Shown: positions 9,563-18,741, counted from the first letter of the stretch. The stretch: DNA of 64,000 nucleotides from Candidatus Latescibacterota bacterium (GCA_965215195.1 CBDCDC010000002.1:480001-544000), one strand, 5' to 3'. Numbers and translations: made by a program. Notes: generated from the sequence alone by a model not told the origin.

Positions 9563-9621
9563 TGCGCGGATATATCGCATAAGTGCGTCAAATCATCGCG
9601 CTAATGCGACTAATCATCGCA
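9563..9621. promoter_or_regulatory. Three tandem enhancer-like boxes (second copy)
   Basis: TGCG-N7-ATCGC(A/G) at 9563-9579, 9584-9600 and 9605-9621. The first box is identical to 4965-4981. Confidence 0.75.
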
Positions 9622-9870
9622 CAGATTGGTTGGTGCGGAATGAGCGGAGAGTAGTTACTATGCTGACATCTTAGGTATGGGATGCTTCGCCGCGCTCCGC
9701 ATGACATCGGATAGCACAGTGCCAGCACCTGTCCTGCTGAGCGGAGCGCGGAGTCGCTTCACCCGTAGCATCAGTCAGTAAGAAGGGAAGTTGCTGTTGA
9801 GAGCTATGCTCGGCCTTGCGGTCGCCAGCGACAGCACCGCTCAGGTCGAGTAGGGTACGCGGAGCCGTTT

Positions 9871-11016
9871 TCAGCGCACCCCTTCCTCCCAAGACGGCAA
9901 GCTCAAACCGTCCTGATCCCAGACAATTTCGCCGGCCCGCAGGGTCATGCGGCCCTCTATCTTTTGGCTGCCTTGCAGGGTGCTGCGGGTGGCATCGACA
10001 AAGCCAAAGCGGCCTTGGTGGATGGCCAGCACGGCTACATCGGCTTCAGCACCTACGCTCAGGTGGCCCAGCTCGGGCCGGCGGATGACTTCGGCCGGGC
10101 GCTGGGTTGAGCGGTAGATGACCTCTTGCAGCGGCATCCCCAAGGCCAGCATTTTCGACATGGTGATATTCATGGTGGCATTGGGCAGCAGGCGGCTGCG
10201 GCGGTGCAGATCGGTGCTGATGGTATCGGGTGGGAAGCCTTGGGCCATGGCCGGCACGGCAAGGTGGAAGCGGAAGGAGGCATTGCCGTGGCCCAAGTCG
10301 AAAATCACGCCGCGCTCGCGGGCCTGCCAGACGAAGTCGAAAATGCGGCCGTCGTCGCCGAGCATGGGCGTGCGCATGGAATAGCAGTGGGTGTGGATGT
10401 CGCCGGGGCTGTAGCGGGCGAGCAGCTCGGGGTAGGTACGGGTGGGTTTGGGCGAGAAATCGACCATGACAATGGTGCCGGCCCGCCGCGCCGCCGCCAT
10501 GGCCCCGCCGGTCGATTCCCAGCCCGGCCCGCCAAAATGGGCCGATTTGACCCCGACGATGTGCTCGGGGTAGCGCTCGACTGTTGCAGCGCAGGGAATG
10601 GGGTCCATATCGGTGGTGTCCTGCTCGGGGGGGCCGGTCATGCCAGCACCGACGATGTTGACAAAGGCGAGGACGCGGGTCGTGGACTGGTCTATGATGG
10701 TCTCTTTGAAATCGGCAAAATCCTTGTACCCAGCGCCGCCGGTATCGACGCAGGTGGTGACCCCGTGCGGCAGGTTGTGGGGGTCGGGGAAGAGCCAAGC
10801 GTCAAAGCCGCCGTACACGTGCAGGTGGATGTCGATGAGGCCGGGGGTGACGTAGAGGCCGGCGACATTGGCTTGTCGTTGTGCGGTGCCGGGCAACTGC
10901 GGCCCTACGGCGGCAATTTTGCCGTCTTTGACGGCGAGGTCGGCCGGGCCGTCAAGGTTGTTTTTGGGGTCAATGAGGTGGCCGTTTTTGAGTAGGACAT
11001 CGTAGTGTGGGGACAT
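9871..11016 (-). CDS. Amidohydrolase / dihydroorotase-like (deacetylase family) metallohydrolase
   Basis: PGLIDIHLH, GVTT.VD.G, TISTDLH and G.L.VG..AD motifs. Confidence 0.88.
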   Translation of the reverse strand: MSPHYDVLLKNGHLIDPKNNLDGPADLAVKDGKIAAVGPQLPGTAQRQANVAGLYVTPGLIDIHLHVYGGFDAWLFPDPHNLPHGVTTCVDTGGAGYKDFADFKETIIDQSTTRVLAFVNIVGAGMTGPPEQDTTDMDPIPCAATVERYPEHIVGVKSAHFGGPGWESTGGAMAAARRAGTIVMVDFSPKPTRTYPELLARYSPGDIHTHCYSMRTPMLGDDGRIFDFVWQARERGVIFDLGHGNASFRFHLAVPAMAQGFPPDTISTDLHRRSRLLPNATMNITMSKMLALGMPLQEVIYRSTQRPAEVIRRPELGHLSVGAEADVAVLAIHQGRFGFVDATRSTLQGSQKIEGRMTLRAGEIVWDQDGLSLPSWEEGVR

Positions 11017-11026
11017 GGTGCTCCTG

Positions 11027-11770
11027 TCAGTCGCCGGGGAAGTGCCCTTGGTACTCCAGCCCTAGTAGCTCCCGAGACCGGGCCACATTGCAGTACGTAT
11101 CCGCGTCTGGGTGACTGGCCGTGTGCATAATGTCGAACTCGATAGTCGCGGATGTGAGTGCCAAGTGGCAGGCCTCGGCCAGATCGCGTCGGCAGACCCA
11201 GCTAACGCCGCCGCGGGCGGGGTGGCCGTCTCGACTGATGCCGAGTCTGCTGTCGCCGATGCTACAGGGCCGGAAAACAATGATCCGCAGCCCATAGGCG
11301 TCGTGGAACTGGCGGCACATTTCCTCCTGCAGGCGCTTTGAGATGCCGTACAGGCTTCCTTCCTTGCTGCGCACCTCCGACGACAGGAAAACGCCGTCTG
11401 GGTGCTGCACGACGCAGGAACCCATGTGTACCACTCGTTTGAGCTTGTGGCGACGGGCCGACTCCAAGACATTCCACATTCCCTTGAGGTTGATGAGAAA
11501 GGGGTTCACATCAACTTCGGGCGGGTTCTCGTAGCCGAAGTAAGCGGCTAGATGGACGACGCCGTCCATGCCTTCCAAGGCCCTGTGGACGGCGTGGAAG
11601 TCGGCGATATCCCCGTAGAGTTTTTCTCCCTCCCAGTCGCCGTCGAAGCGGCGGTAGGTCGCATAGGCTTCGGGGCTGTAATCGAAGGCGCGCACTTGGT
11701 GGCGACCGGCGAAGTTTTCCAGCACGGCCCGGCCGACCCACCCGGCGGCACCCATAATGGCCACTTTCAC
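11027..11770 (-). CDS. NAD-dependent epimerase/dehydrogenase (uronate dehydrogenase-like SDR)
   Basis: GAAGWVG Rossmann motif, VHLAA, YxxxK (YGISK). GTG start after GGAGGAG. Confidence 0.85.
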   Translation of the reverse strand: MKVAIMGAAGWVGRAVLENFAGRHQVRAFDYSPEAYATYRRFDGDWEGEKLYGDIADFHAVHRALEGMDGVVHLAAYFGYENPPEVDVNPFLINLKGMWNVLESARRHKLKRVVHMGSCVVQHPDGVFLSSEVRSKEGSLYGISKRLQEEMCRQFHDAYGLRIIVFRPCSIGDSRLGISRDGHPARGGVSWVCRRDLAEACHLALTSATIEFDIMHTASHPDADTYCNVARSRELLGLEYQGHFPGD

Positions 11771-11813
11771 GAGCACTCCTCCTGAGACCGGCGGCCGGTG
11801 AGCGGCGCCGCAG

Positions 11814-12794
11814 TCATTCGCTGTACACCGCCTCGAGCAGGCCTCTCATGTAGCCGATGGCGTAGAGACGCTCCATTGAGTGCATATCGACGAAGTCTTT
11901 GTAGGTTAGTTGCGGGAAATGGTCGGGGCGGGCGACCCCCTCGTACCCAGTGTCGCGATAGGCCCTGACACAGGCCGCCATGTCGTGCTTGCCGTCGTCG
12001 TGGAAGGCCTCGTCGAACTTCTCCGGTGTGCCCCTGATGTCGCGGAAATGGACGAAGTGGATCTTTTGCTGCTCGCCGAAATGGCGAATGACGCCGGGCA
12101 GGTCGTCGGTCATGAGGCCGAAGTTGCCCTGACAGAGGCCGATGCCGTTTGCCGGGCTGGGAACGAGATCGACCATCTTCTGGTAATTCTCAACGCTGCT
12201 GATGATGCGGGCGATGCCTTGGATCGGCGACAGGGGCGGGTCGTCGGGATGCATGGCGAGCTTGACGTTCGCCTCTTCGGCGACCGGGACAACGCGCTCG
12301 AGGAAGTATTGCAGGTTGTCCCACTGGTCCGCCTCGGTGACTTCGCCATGCTCGCCTGCGGGGTGGGCTTTGTTGAATTCCTCGAGGTCGAAGCCGGTCA
12401 CCTTGGCACCGCCTCGCGTCGGGATTGCGGACGACGTGCGAATCACGGAGAGAATCGGCATCCACGCAGGGCACCACACTGGGATGCCGACCGCCCCCAT
12501 GTTGCGGATGAACTCGCAGACGACGGCGATCTCTTCGTCGCGCCCCGGCTGGGCCAGCTTGATCTTTTCCATGGGGGGACGGCTTTCAATGACCGCTAGC
12601 TGATAGCCGTTTTGCTCGTACTGGGTCTTGAAACGAGCTAGGGACTGGCGGCTGAACGGCTGCGCTGGGTGGTCGATCGGTTTATCCGCTAGCGGCGCGA
12701 GGCCAAAGGTGCCGACGGCATGCTCGACGCCGCACTGGGCCCCAAAGGTCGATACGGCGCTGGCGTCTGGTCCGAGTGCCAAAGCGATTTTCAT
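11814..12794 (-). CDS. uxuA: Mannonate dehydratase (UxuA family)
   Basis: W.NL.YFL..V.PVAEE..V.LAMHPDDPP, IHFVHFRD and RPDH motifs. Confidence 0.85.
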   Translation of the reverse strand: MKIALALGPDASAVSTFGAQCGVEHAVGTFGLAPLADKPIDHPAQPFSRQSLARFKTQYEQNGYQLAVIESRPPMEKIKLAQPGRDEEIAVVCEFIRNMGAVGIPVWCPAWMPILSVIRTSSAIPTRGGAKVTGFDLEEFNKAHPAGEHGEVTEADQWDNLQYFLERVVPVAEEANVKLAMHPDDPPLSPIQGIARIISSVENYQKMVDLVPSPANGIGLCQGNFGLMTDDLPGVIRHFGEQQKIHFVHFRDIRGTPEKFDEAFHDDGKHDMAACVRAYRDTGYEGVARPDHFPQLTYKDFVDMHSMERLYAIGYMRGLLEAVYSE

Positions 12795-12884
12795 GCCTCA
12801 TCCTCTCTTTCTATTTTGTGAATAACGGCGACACTGTCTCCGTCAAGCCACGCCTTTTAGGGCGCTGTGGACGGCAGCAGGGTT

Positions 12885-15431
12885 TCAGGAAGTTTCGTAG
12901 GGTCCAAGAAATCGGTTCCCATCGAAATGGATGATATGCGTTGGTGTTTCCGCAACCCATACCTCAGTTTCCCAAGAGATCTCAGTTATATACTTTCCCA
13001 TTGTCGTGCGATCCGGAAAGGCCGTAACATATACTAAACCGGGTATAGCCTTGGCAAATAACGTAGAAAGTTCACGGTGTCTTTTGCTATTTACAGGCCC
13101 ATGGGTTGTCACAGCCTCAATTAAAAAAAGCCAATTTTTCTCCTGATAATAGAGCACTACGTCCGGCATTTTGCCATGTTCATCTACCTCAACTCCCAGT
13201 TCCAACAACCTGCTTTGTTGCAAGTAGCCGATTTTGCTTCCCGTATCGCCCACGTAAATCACTTTGCTTCCTGGGGCATATCGAGGAGCGAATTCGACGA
13301 TAATATCTTTAATCAGCTTGCTGTGTGTACCAGGAGTGAGAGCAATTTCGTAGTCCTTTTCAACCTCTACGGGGATCATCTGCATTCTTCGCTGCATCGC
13401 ATAAAGTTGAGCTAGGGTTTCTCGTTCTTCTAAATATGAAGAAAGAGTTTGGTTCCACTGGTCTGTTCCATAGGTGAGAATGACTGCAAAAATTTCCGCA
13501 CTGATCTGATAACATGCTTTGGGACTATTTACGGGACGACTTGGTTCGTCTGGGTTATACAGTGCGATGCCCGCTTCGACAAATTGGTGCATGGTTTGAC
13601 GGCGGAAAGTTTCACGAGTATTGGGCGCGTACTCTTTGCCGTAGAAAGCCCGACAAAATTCCATGATAGGGGTGATACCCATCAGTGGTTGTTCCAGTTC
13701 TTGCCAGCTTCCATCTGGTTTGAGGTTCAAAATGGCAAGCAGTGTCAGTGCGGAACGTTCGTTTTGCTGGCCTCTGGGAAGGCCGAAGTTCCGCAAGAGA
13801 TTTAGTGCATCATCTATTTTCTGCTGCGCTTGGATTGGATCAATCATGGATTTCTTTCCCATTCTACTGACTTCTTGGTTGACCAGATGATCGATATCTT
13901 TTTGTAACGGAATCTTATCTTTGGCCAGAGAACCAAATTTGGCTAAGGTCTCTAGGCTTGGATAATGAATTGCCCTGAGATCTGCAGAATTGACTTGTGT
14001 GTGGCCATTAAATTGGCGGAAGTATTTATCGACTAGGGTGCAATTTAAATAGACGGCCAGCCCCAAGGCTATCTCTTTAGATAATCCCTGCTTTTGTCGA
14101 TGGAATACGTTTAGGTGATTTTCAAAGCCGACTTTACGGGCAGGTAGGGATGAATCGTAGATTGCTGCTACAATGCGCCTTCGTTCTTCTTTGGCAGTAA
14201 AGCGTTTGGTCACCACATAGTGGCCATTATTAGACCAAAGCCACTTTTCAGAATCAGATGTAATAGTAATAGCATTGGGCTTCTTCCCATCCTTGGGCCA
14301 TGTCAGTCCATCGGCATCAAAATGGGCAGGATAAAGCAAGGGTGCCGTACCTGGCTCGGGTTTCTGGCGCAAATGTTCTTTCAGTCTAAAATCTACTAGG
14401 GGACCAGTGGATATTTCGATGCCTAAATCTTCTAGCGCATAATTAAATACTGAAATCCGATCTACTACATGCTGTTCAAAATCAGTAGTGGCTATATGGA
14501 TAAATTTCTCTGGATCGTCGGGTTTGACAACGCTGGTATAGGGGGCCGTCCTCTGGGTCATATCCTCTACGATCATTTCTCCGCACTCCTTGGAGAATTC
14601 TACACTATGACTTGAGGTGATTCTGACAGTTCCTAAGGCAGCTCCTTTTACCGCATGGAAGATTATATTTTCCTGCAGTACCTCATCGTCCTTAAATGCA
14701 CGAGCACGAGATTCAAATACATGAAAACGCTTGATCGTCATCTGTTCGAGTAAAAATCTGCGAAAAGATTTGAAGTACGGACCATTACAGAACGAACGAG
14801 GTACGATGGCTACAAGCTCACCCCTTGGTCTTAGCATCTCGATAGCGATTGTTAGAAATCCTGCATATAAATTTGAGATTTCTACACCCACGTCTTGCAG
14901 CCATTTTCTATGTGGAGAATTGGAACGGATTTTTTTATAGGGAGGGTTCATGATTACATGCGTGAAGGATTCCTTAGCTGGAGGACACTGAAATAGGTCA
15001 TTTGCCAGTTGTTTCGCTCCTTCTTCGATAAAATCTCCAATTTCAATTCTCTCTTGAAGGTCGATTCCGTTGTCTTGGCACAGCCGGCGACAGTGGGTAA
15101 GCGTAGATTGTAGATACTCAATCATCGTCGGCTCTAATTCGTAAGCCTTGATATAAATCTTCTGGAGGTGAGTAGTACGAGAGCAAAATTCCTCAACAAA
15201 AGCGGCTGTTAAGGAACCAACTCCGGCACCGGCATCCAAAAGGCGGATCTGACCGTACTCGACAGCGTCAAAAAATGAGGCCATAAACCGAGCAATGGGG
15301 GCAGAAGTCAGAAACTGCCCCATTTCCCAACGTTTCTTGGGAACTAATTTCCGGGATATATCCAAGCGATAGCTTTCTGCTAGTTCGGTTGCAGATGCAG
15401 TCTCGCTTTGACTTAAGTTGATACTATTCAT
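12885..15431 (-). CDS. Fused N6-adenine methyltransferase + BsuBI/PstI-family restriction endonuclease
   Basis: MTase motif I LLDAGAGVG and motif IV NPPY, then YAPNTRETFRRQT.HQF and HGKMPDVV...LIEAVT.HGP of the BsuBI/PstI endonucleases, all in one 848-aa ORF. Visibly AT-richer than its flanks. Confidence 0.88.
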   Translation of the reverse strand: MNSINLSQSETASATELAESYRLDISRKLVPKKRWEMGQFLTSAPIARFMASFFDAVEYGQIRLLDAGAGVGSLTAAFVEEFCSRTTHLQKIYIKAYELEPTMIEYLQSTLTHCRRLCQDNGIDLQERIEIGDFIEEGAKQLANDLFQCPPAKESFTHVIMNPPYKKIRSNSPHRKWLQDVGVEISNLYAGFLTIAIEMLRPRGELVAIVPRSFCNGPYFKSFRRFLLEQMTIKRFHVFESRARAFKDDEVLQENIIFHAVKGAALGTVRITSSHSVEFSKECGEMIVEDMTQRTAPYTSVVKPDDPEKFIHIATTDFEQHVVDRISVFNYALEDLGIEISTGPLVDFRLKEHLRQKPEPGTAPLLYPAHFDADGLTWPKDGKKPNAITITSDSEKWLWSNNGHYVVTKRFTAKEERRRIVAAIYDSSLPARKVGFENHLNVFHRQKQGLSKEIALGLAVYLNCTLVDKYFRQFNGHTQVNSADLRAIHYPSLETLAKFGSLAKDKIPLQKDIDHLVNQEVSRMGKKSMIDPIQAQQKIDDALNLLRNFGLPRGQQNERSALTLLAILNLKPDGSWQELEQPLMGITPIMEFCRAFYGKEYAPNTRETFRRQTMHQFVEAGIALYNPDEPSRPVNSPKACYQISAEIFAVILTYGTDQWNQTLSSYLEERETLAQLYAMQRRMQMIPVEVEKDYEIALTPGTHSKLIKDIIVEFAPRYAPGSKVIYVGDTGSKIGYLQQSRLLELGVEVDEHGKMPDVVLYYQEKNWLFLIEAVTTHGPVNSKRHRELSTLFAKAIPGLVYVTAFPDRTTMGKYITEISWETEVWVAETPTHIIHFDGNRFLGPYETS

Positions 15432-15685
15432 AAATGTTTAAAGAATTGGTGCGAGAGGGAATGCCCTTAAATTTAGGGCGTCCTATTGAGCTGATTCTCG
15501 TTTTTGCTGAGCAAGATACGGTCGCGTCAAAATTAGGCGATTGGGGAAGGCGGGTCAACGATCTTCATAAGCACTCTTCCGCTATACAGTCCTCTTTCAA
15601 GGCGGCTTGCCCTTTACATCCCTAGGGTCATAGATTGACCAGAGCATTTAGCGTCCCCATAACGACACTCAGGAGCTTGTCATCC

Positions 15686-16726
15686 ATGACTGACCCGATC
15701 AAAATCGCCGTGCTGGGCATGGCCCACGACCACTTGTGGGGCAACCTCAGAGAACTAGCCGCTCAGGAAGGAGCCCTTCTCGTGGGCGGTGCCGACCCCA
15801 ACCCCGCGCTGCAAGACCGCTTCCGCGAGCGCACGGGCTGCGACGAGGTGTACGGCGAGTACGAAGCCCTGCTCGACGCGCAAACCGCGGACGCGGCCTT
15901 CGTCTTTTCGGCCACCGCGCATCACGCTCCCATCGTCGAGCTGTGCGCGGCCCGGGGCCTGCACGCGATGGTCGAAAAGCCCATGGCCGCCACCCTCGAA
16001 CAAGCCGACCGCATGCTGACTGCAGCCCAGCGCCACCAGATCGGTCTGATGGTCAACTGGCCCACGGCTTGGTCGCGGCCCTTGCACACGGCTCACCGCC
16101 TCGTCGGGGAAGGGACCATCGGGCGGCTGTGGCAGCTCACTTGGCGCGGCGGCCACTGCGGCCCGGACGAATTGGGCTGCTCGGACGAATTCTGCGGCTT
16201 CCTCTTCGATCCCCAGCTCAACGGAGCCGGAGCCTTCAACGACTACAGCGGGTACGGGGCCAGCCTGTGCGTCCACTTTTTGGGCCGGCCGCACAGCGTT
16301 GTAGCCATGGCCGGCCGCCTGCTCAAGACCCACCTGCCGGTTGACGACAACGGCATTGTGCTGCTGCGCTACCCCCACGCCCTGTGCCGCTTGGAAATGA
16401 CTTGGACCGAAGCCGTGCCGCACGTGCCGCCCCACGACGTGGTGCTCTACGGCACCGAGGGGACTATAGTAGTGGGGAATCAGGTGACGGTGTACACCCG
16501 CCAGAACCGAGAGGGAACAGAGGCGGAGCTCGACGAATTGCCCGCCCCCCAGCGCAATGCGGCCGCTCACTTCCTCCACTGCATCCGCTCGGGCCAGTCG
16601 CCCCAAGGCACGACCCATGCCACCCAATCGCGCCACGCCCAAGAGATTATGGAAGCCGGCCTGCAGGCGGCCACCTCGGGCGTGGAGGTGAGCCTGCCCA
16701 TTGAAGGCCATTTGTTCCGCGCATGA
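15686..16726 (+). CDS. Gfo/Idh/MocA family oxidoreductase
   Basis: IAVLG N-terminus, VEKPMA motif, YGTEGT. AGGAG RBS before ATG 15686. Confidence 0.9.
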   Translation: MTDPIKIAVLGMAHDHLWGNLRELAAQEGALLVGGADPNPALQDRFRERTGCDEVYGEYEALLDAQTADAAFVFSATAHHAPIVELCAARGLHAMVEKPMAATLEQADRMLTAAQRHQIGLMVNWPTAWSRPLHTAHRLVGEGTIGRLWQLTWRGGHCGPDELGCSDEFCGFLFDPQLNGAGAFNDYSGYGASLCVHFLGRPHSVVAMAGRLLKTHLPVDDNGIVLLRYPHALCRLEMTWTEAVPHVPPHDVVLYGTEGTIVVGNQVTVYTRQNREGTEAELDELPAPQRNAAAHFLHCIRSGQSPQGTTHATQSRHAQEIMEAGLQAATSGVEVSLPIEGHLFRA

Positions 16727-16798
16727 AAGGTGCGTCGCTGGCCACCAACGGCACCTTCAACAGCGCGGAAGGTATTCGCTAACTCGACAGGAGACCTC

Positions 16799-17485
16799 AT
16801 GTCCACTTCCCACTGGCGCAATGTTTTGCACCACCACGACGAACCCGACGAGGCCATGCAGCGCATCGACGCCCGGGTCACGCCGCTGGAGGACCTACCC
16901 GAGGCGGTGCGCCACATCCGCGCCCTGATCGCGCGCTTCGACTCCCTGACTCACTATCGGGCCTTTGACAACCTCAACCTGCTGGTCCGCGCCATTGGCG
17001 ACGGCACTTATCCGGGCCGACCGGCCGTGGATGTGCTGGCCCGGGCGTGGGAACTAGACGACCAGCGCCGGAGCCGGGCCAAGACCTATGTGCAAATTTT
17101 GCAAGCCTGGTCCGCAGGCAAGCCTGTGGAAGAAGCGCAGCAGGTGGCTGGCGATGCGGAACGGTGCGCCGAGTTGTACGGCATTTTAGGTCCGTTTGCA
17201 GAGCACAAGGCTTGGTTGGCTGCCTCCTTAGCCCATACTCTCAGGGCCTTTGCCTACGAGGCCCAAGACTTGCTCGACGAAGCGGCCGAAGCGGATTTTG
17301 TGCGCGGGGTCTATCGCGCCGCGCTCGATCGCGTCCCCTCGTCCGACGACTTGCAAAACCGCTTGGCCGAACTGGCCGCTGGCAAGAGCCGAGAGCATTT
17401 CATCCGCGAGATCTTCGACTCGGCCGAAAGCCGCCAGCGCCAACAGTGGCAGGTGCTGGACAAGCTGCACGCCGAGGGAGAATGA
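16799..17485 (+). CDS. Hypothetical protein with C-terminal DUF4214-like helical domain
   Basis: AGGAG RBS. C-terminal FV..VY...L.R.P...........L..G.SR......IF.S.E pattern. Confidence 0.6.
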   Translation: MSTSHWRNVLHHHDEPDEAMQRIDARVTPLEDLPEAVRHIRALIARFDSLTHYRAFDNLNLLVRAIGDGTYPGRPAVDVLARAWELDDQRRSRAKTYVQILQAWSAGKPVEEAQQVAGDAERCAELYGILGPFAEHKAWLAASLAHTLRAFAYEAQDLLDEAAEADFVRGVYRAALDRVPSSDDLQNRLAELAAGKSREHFIREIFDSAESRQRQQWQVLDKLHAEGE

Positions 17486-17600
17486 GCGGTGCTAGGCGCG
17501 GATGATCGCCAAAAGGACGTTTTGCAACGTGGATAAATCCCCCAAAAAGTGCTCGAAGCTAGTGCTTTTGTTTGTCTAAACTATTCCAAGGAGGTTTGTC

Positions 17601-17801
17601 ATGCGTTTAATGCGCTTGTTGTTCAGTGTGGTCTCTATGCTGCTGTTGGCAAGTTCTGTTTACGGCCAAGCGATGAACAGGATTATCTTTGGATCAGACC
17701 GCGACGGTACGCCTGAGATCTATGTGATGGATGCGGATGGGACCAATCTAGTCCGACTCACTACGGACGCTTGGGTGCAGATTAAATCCAAAGCGCATTG
17801 A
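17601..17801 (+). CDS. Small secreted protein with a single TolB/PD40-like repeat
   Basis: AAGGAGG RBS and signal peptide, then IIFGSDRDGTPEIYVMDADGTNLVRLT, then a W-x-x-I-K tail. Confidence 0.65.
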   Translation: MRLMRLLFSVVSMLLLASSVYGQAMNRIIFGSDRDGTPEIYVMDADGTNLVRLTTDAWVQIKSKAH

Positions 17802-17891
17802 CGAGAGAGAATACCCATTTGCTGCCGCCGCGCGAGGGCCTGAAGCAGCGTGGTGTAGCCCTAACCTAAGATCGCAAATTAGGAGGGACTC

Positions 17892-18722
17892 GTGATCATC
17901 GACACTCATCTGCACGTGTGGAGCGACGACGCGGAGCGCTATCCCTTTGCCGCGGGCCGGACTCAGGTGGGCGGTGGATCCGTGGAATTACTCAACCAGA
18001 CCATGGACGAGGTTGGGGTCGATAAAGCGGTCATTGTGCAGCCGATTCACTATTTGTTCGACAACCGCTACGTGGCCGACTGCCTGCGCCGCTTTCCGGG
18101 CCGCTTTGCCGCCATTGGCTTGGTCGATCCCAAGACCCCGGACGCGCCCGACCGGCTAGAAGATCTGGTGCGCGAGGATGGTTTTGGCGGCTTGCGCATT
18201 CACTCGTCGCGGCTCAACCACCCTTCGGAATGGGCCGCCCCGGACCAAGATCCGCTGTGGCGGCGGTCGGAGGAGTTGGGCACTTGTTTTATCGTCCACG
18301 GCCCGGCCGCCAATCTGCCCCACCTAGAGCCCATCATCGGTCGCTTTCCCCAAGTGCCGGTAGTGCTGGACCACATCGGCGGGGCGCCGACTGATGAGGA
18401 ATCGCCCTTTCCGCTGTTGAGGCACGTGCTCAACTTGGCGCGCTTTCCGAGGGTGTACGTGAAATTCACCCCGCAGGCGCACAAGTCCAAGTTGCCCTTT
18501 CCGCACGCGGATACGTTCCCCACCTTCCGCCGCATGTACGACGCCTTTGGGCCGCAACGGCTGATGTGGGGAACCAATTTCCCCGGCGCGATGAAAGGGG
18601 TGGGGTACGGGCCGGCCTTGGAGATGTTCCGCGACCACGTCGATTTTCTCACCGACGACGACAAGGCGTGGCTCTTCCACCGCACGGCTTTGCAGGTGTG
18701 GAGCTTCAAGGGGGCAGAGTAG
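17892..18722 (+). CDS. Amidohydrolase_2 family protein (sugar-lactonase-like)
   Basis: IIDTHLHVW, VVLDHIG and FGPQRLMWGTNFP motifs. Confidence 0.88.
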   Translation: MIIDTHLHVWSDDAERYPFAAGRTQVGGGSVELLNQTMDEVGVDKAVIVQPIHYLFDNRYVADCLRRFPGRFAAIGLVDPKTPDAPDRLEDLVREDGFGGLRIHSSRLNHPSEWAAPDQDPLWRRSEELGTCFIVHGPAANLPHLEPIIGRFPQVPVVLDHIGGAPTDEESPFPLLRHVLNLARFPRVYVKFTPQAHKSKLPFPHADTFPTFRRMYDAFGPQRLMWGTNFPGAMKGVGYGPALEMFRDHVDFLTDDDKAWLFHRTALQVWSFKGAE

Positions 18723-18741
18723 GCACTAGCTGAAATGCCTT

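Noticed and set aside
9343-9582. 79-aa plus-strand hydrophobic ORF
   Set aside because: Runs antisense across the promoter/enhancer module, which explains the sequence; no evident RBS.
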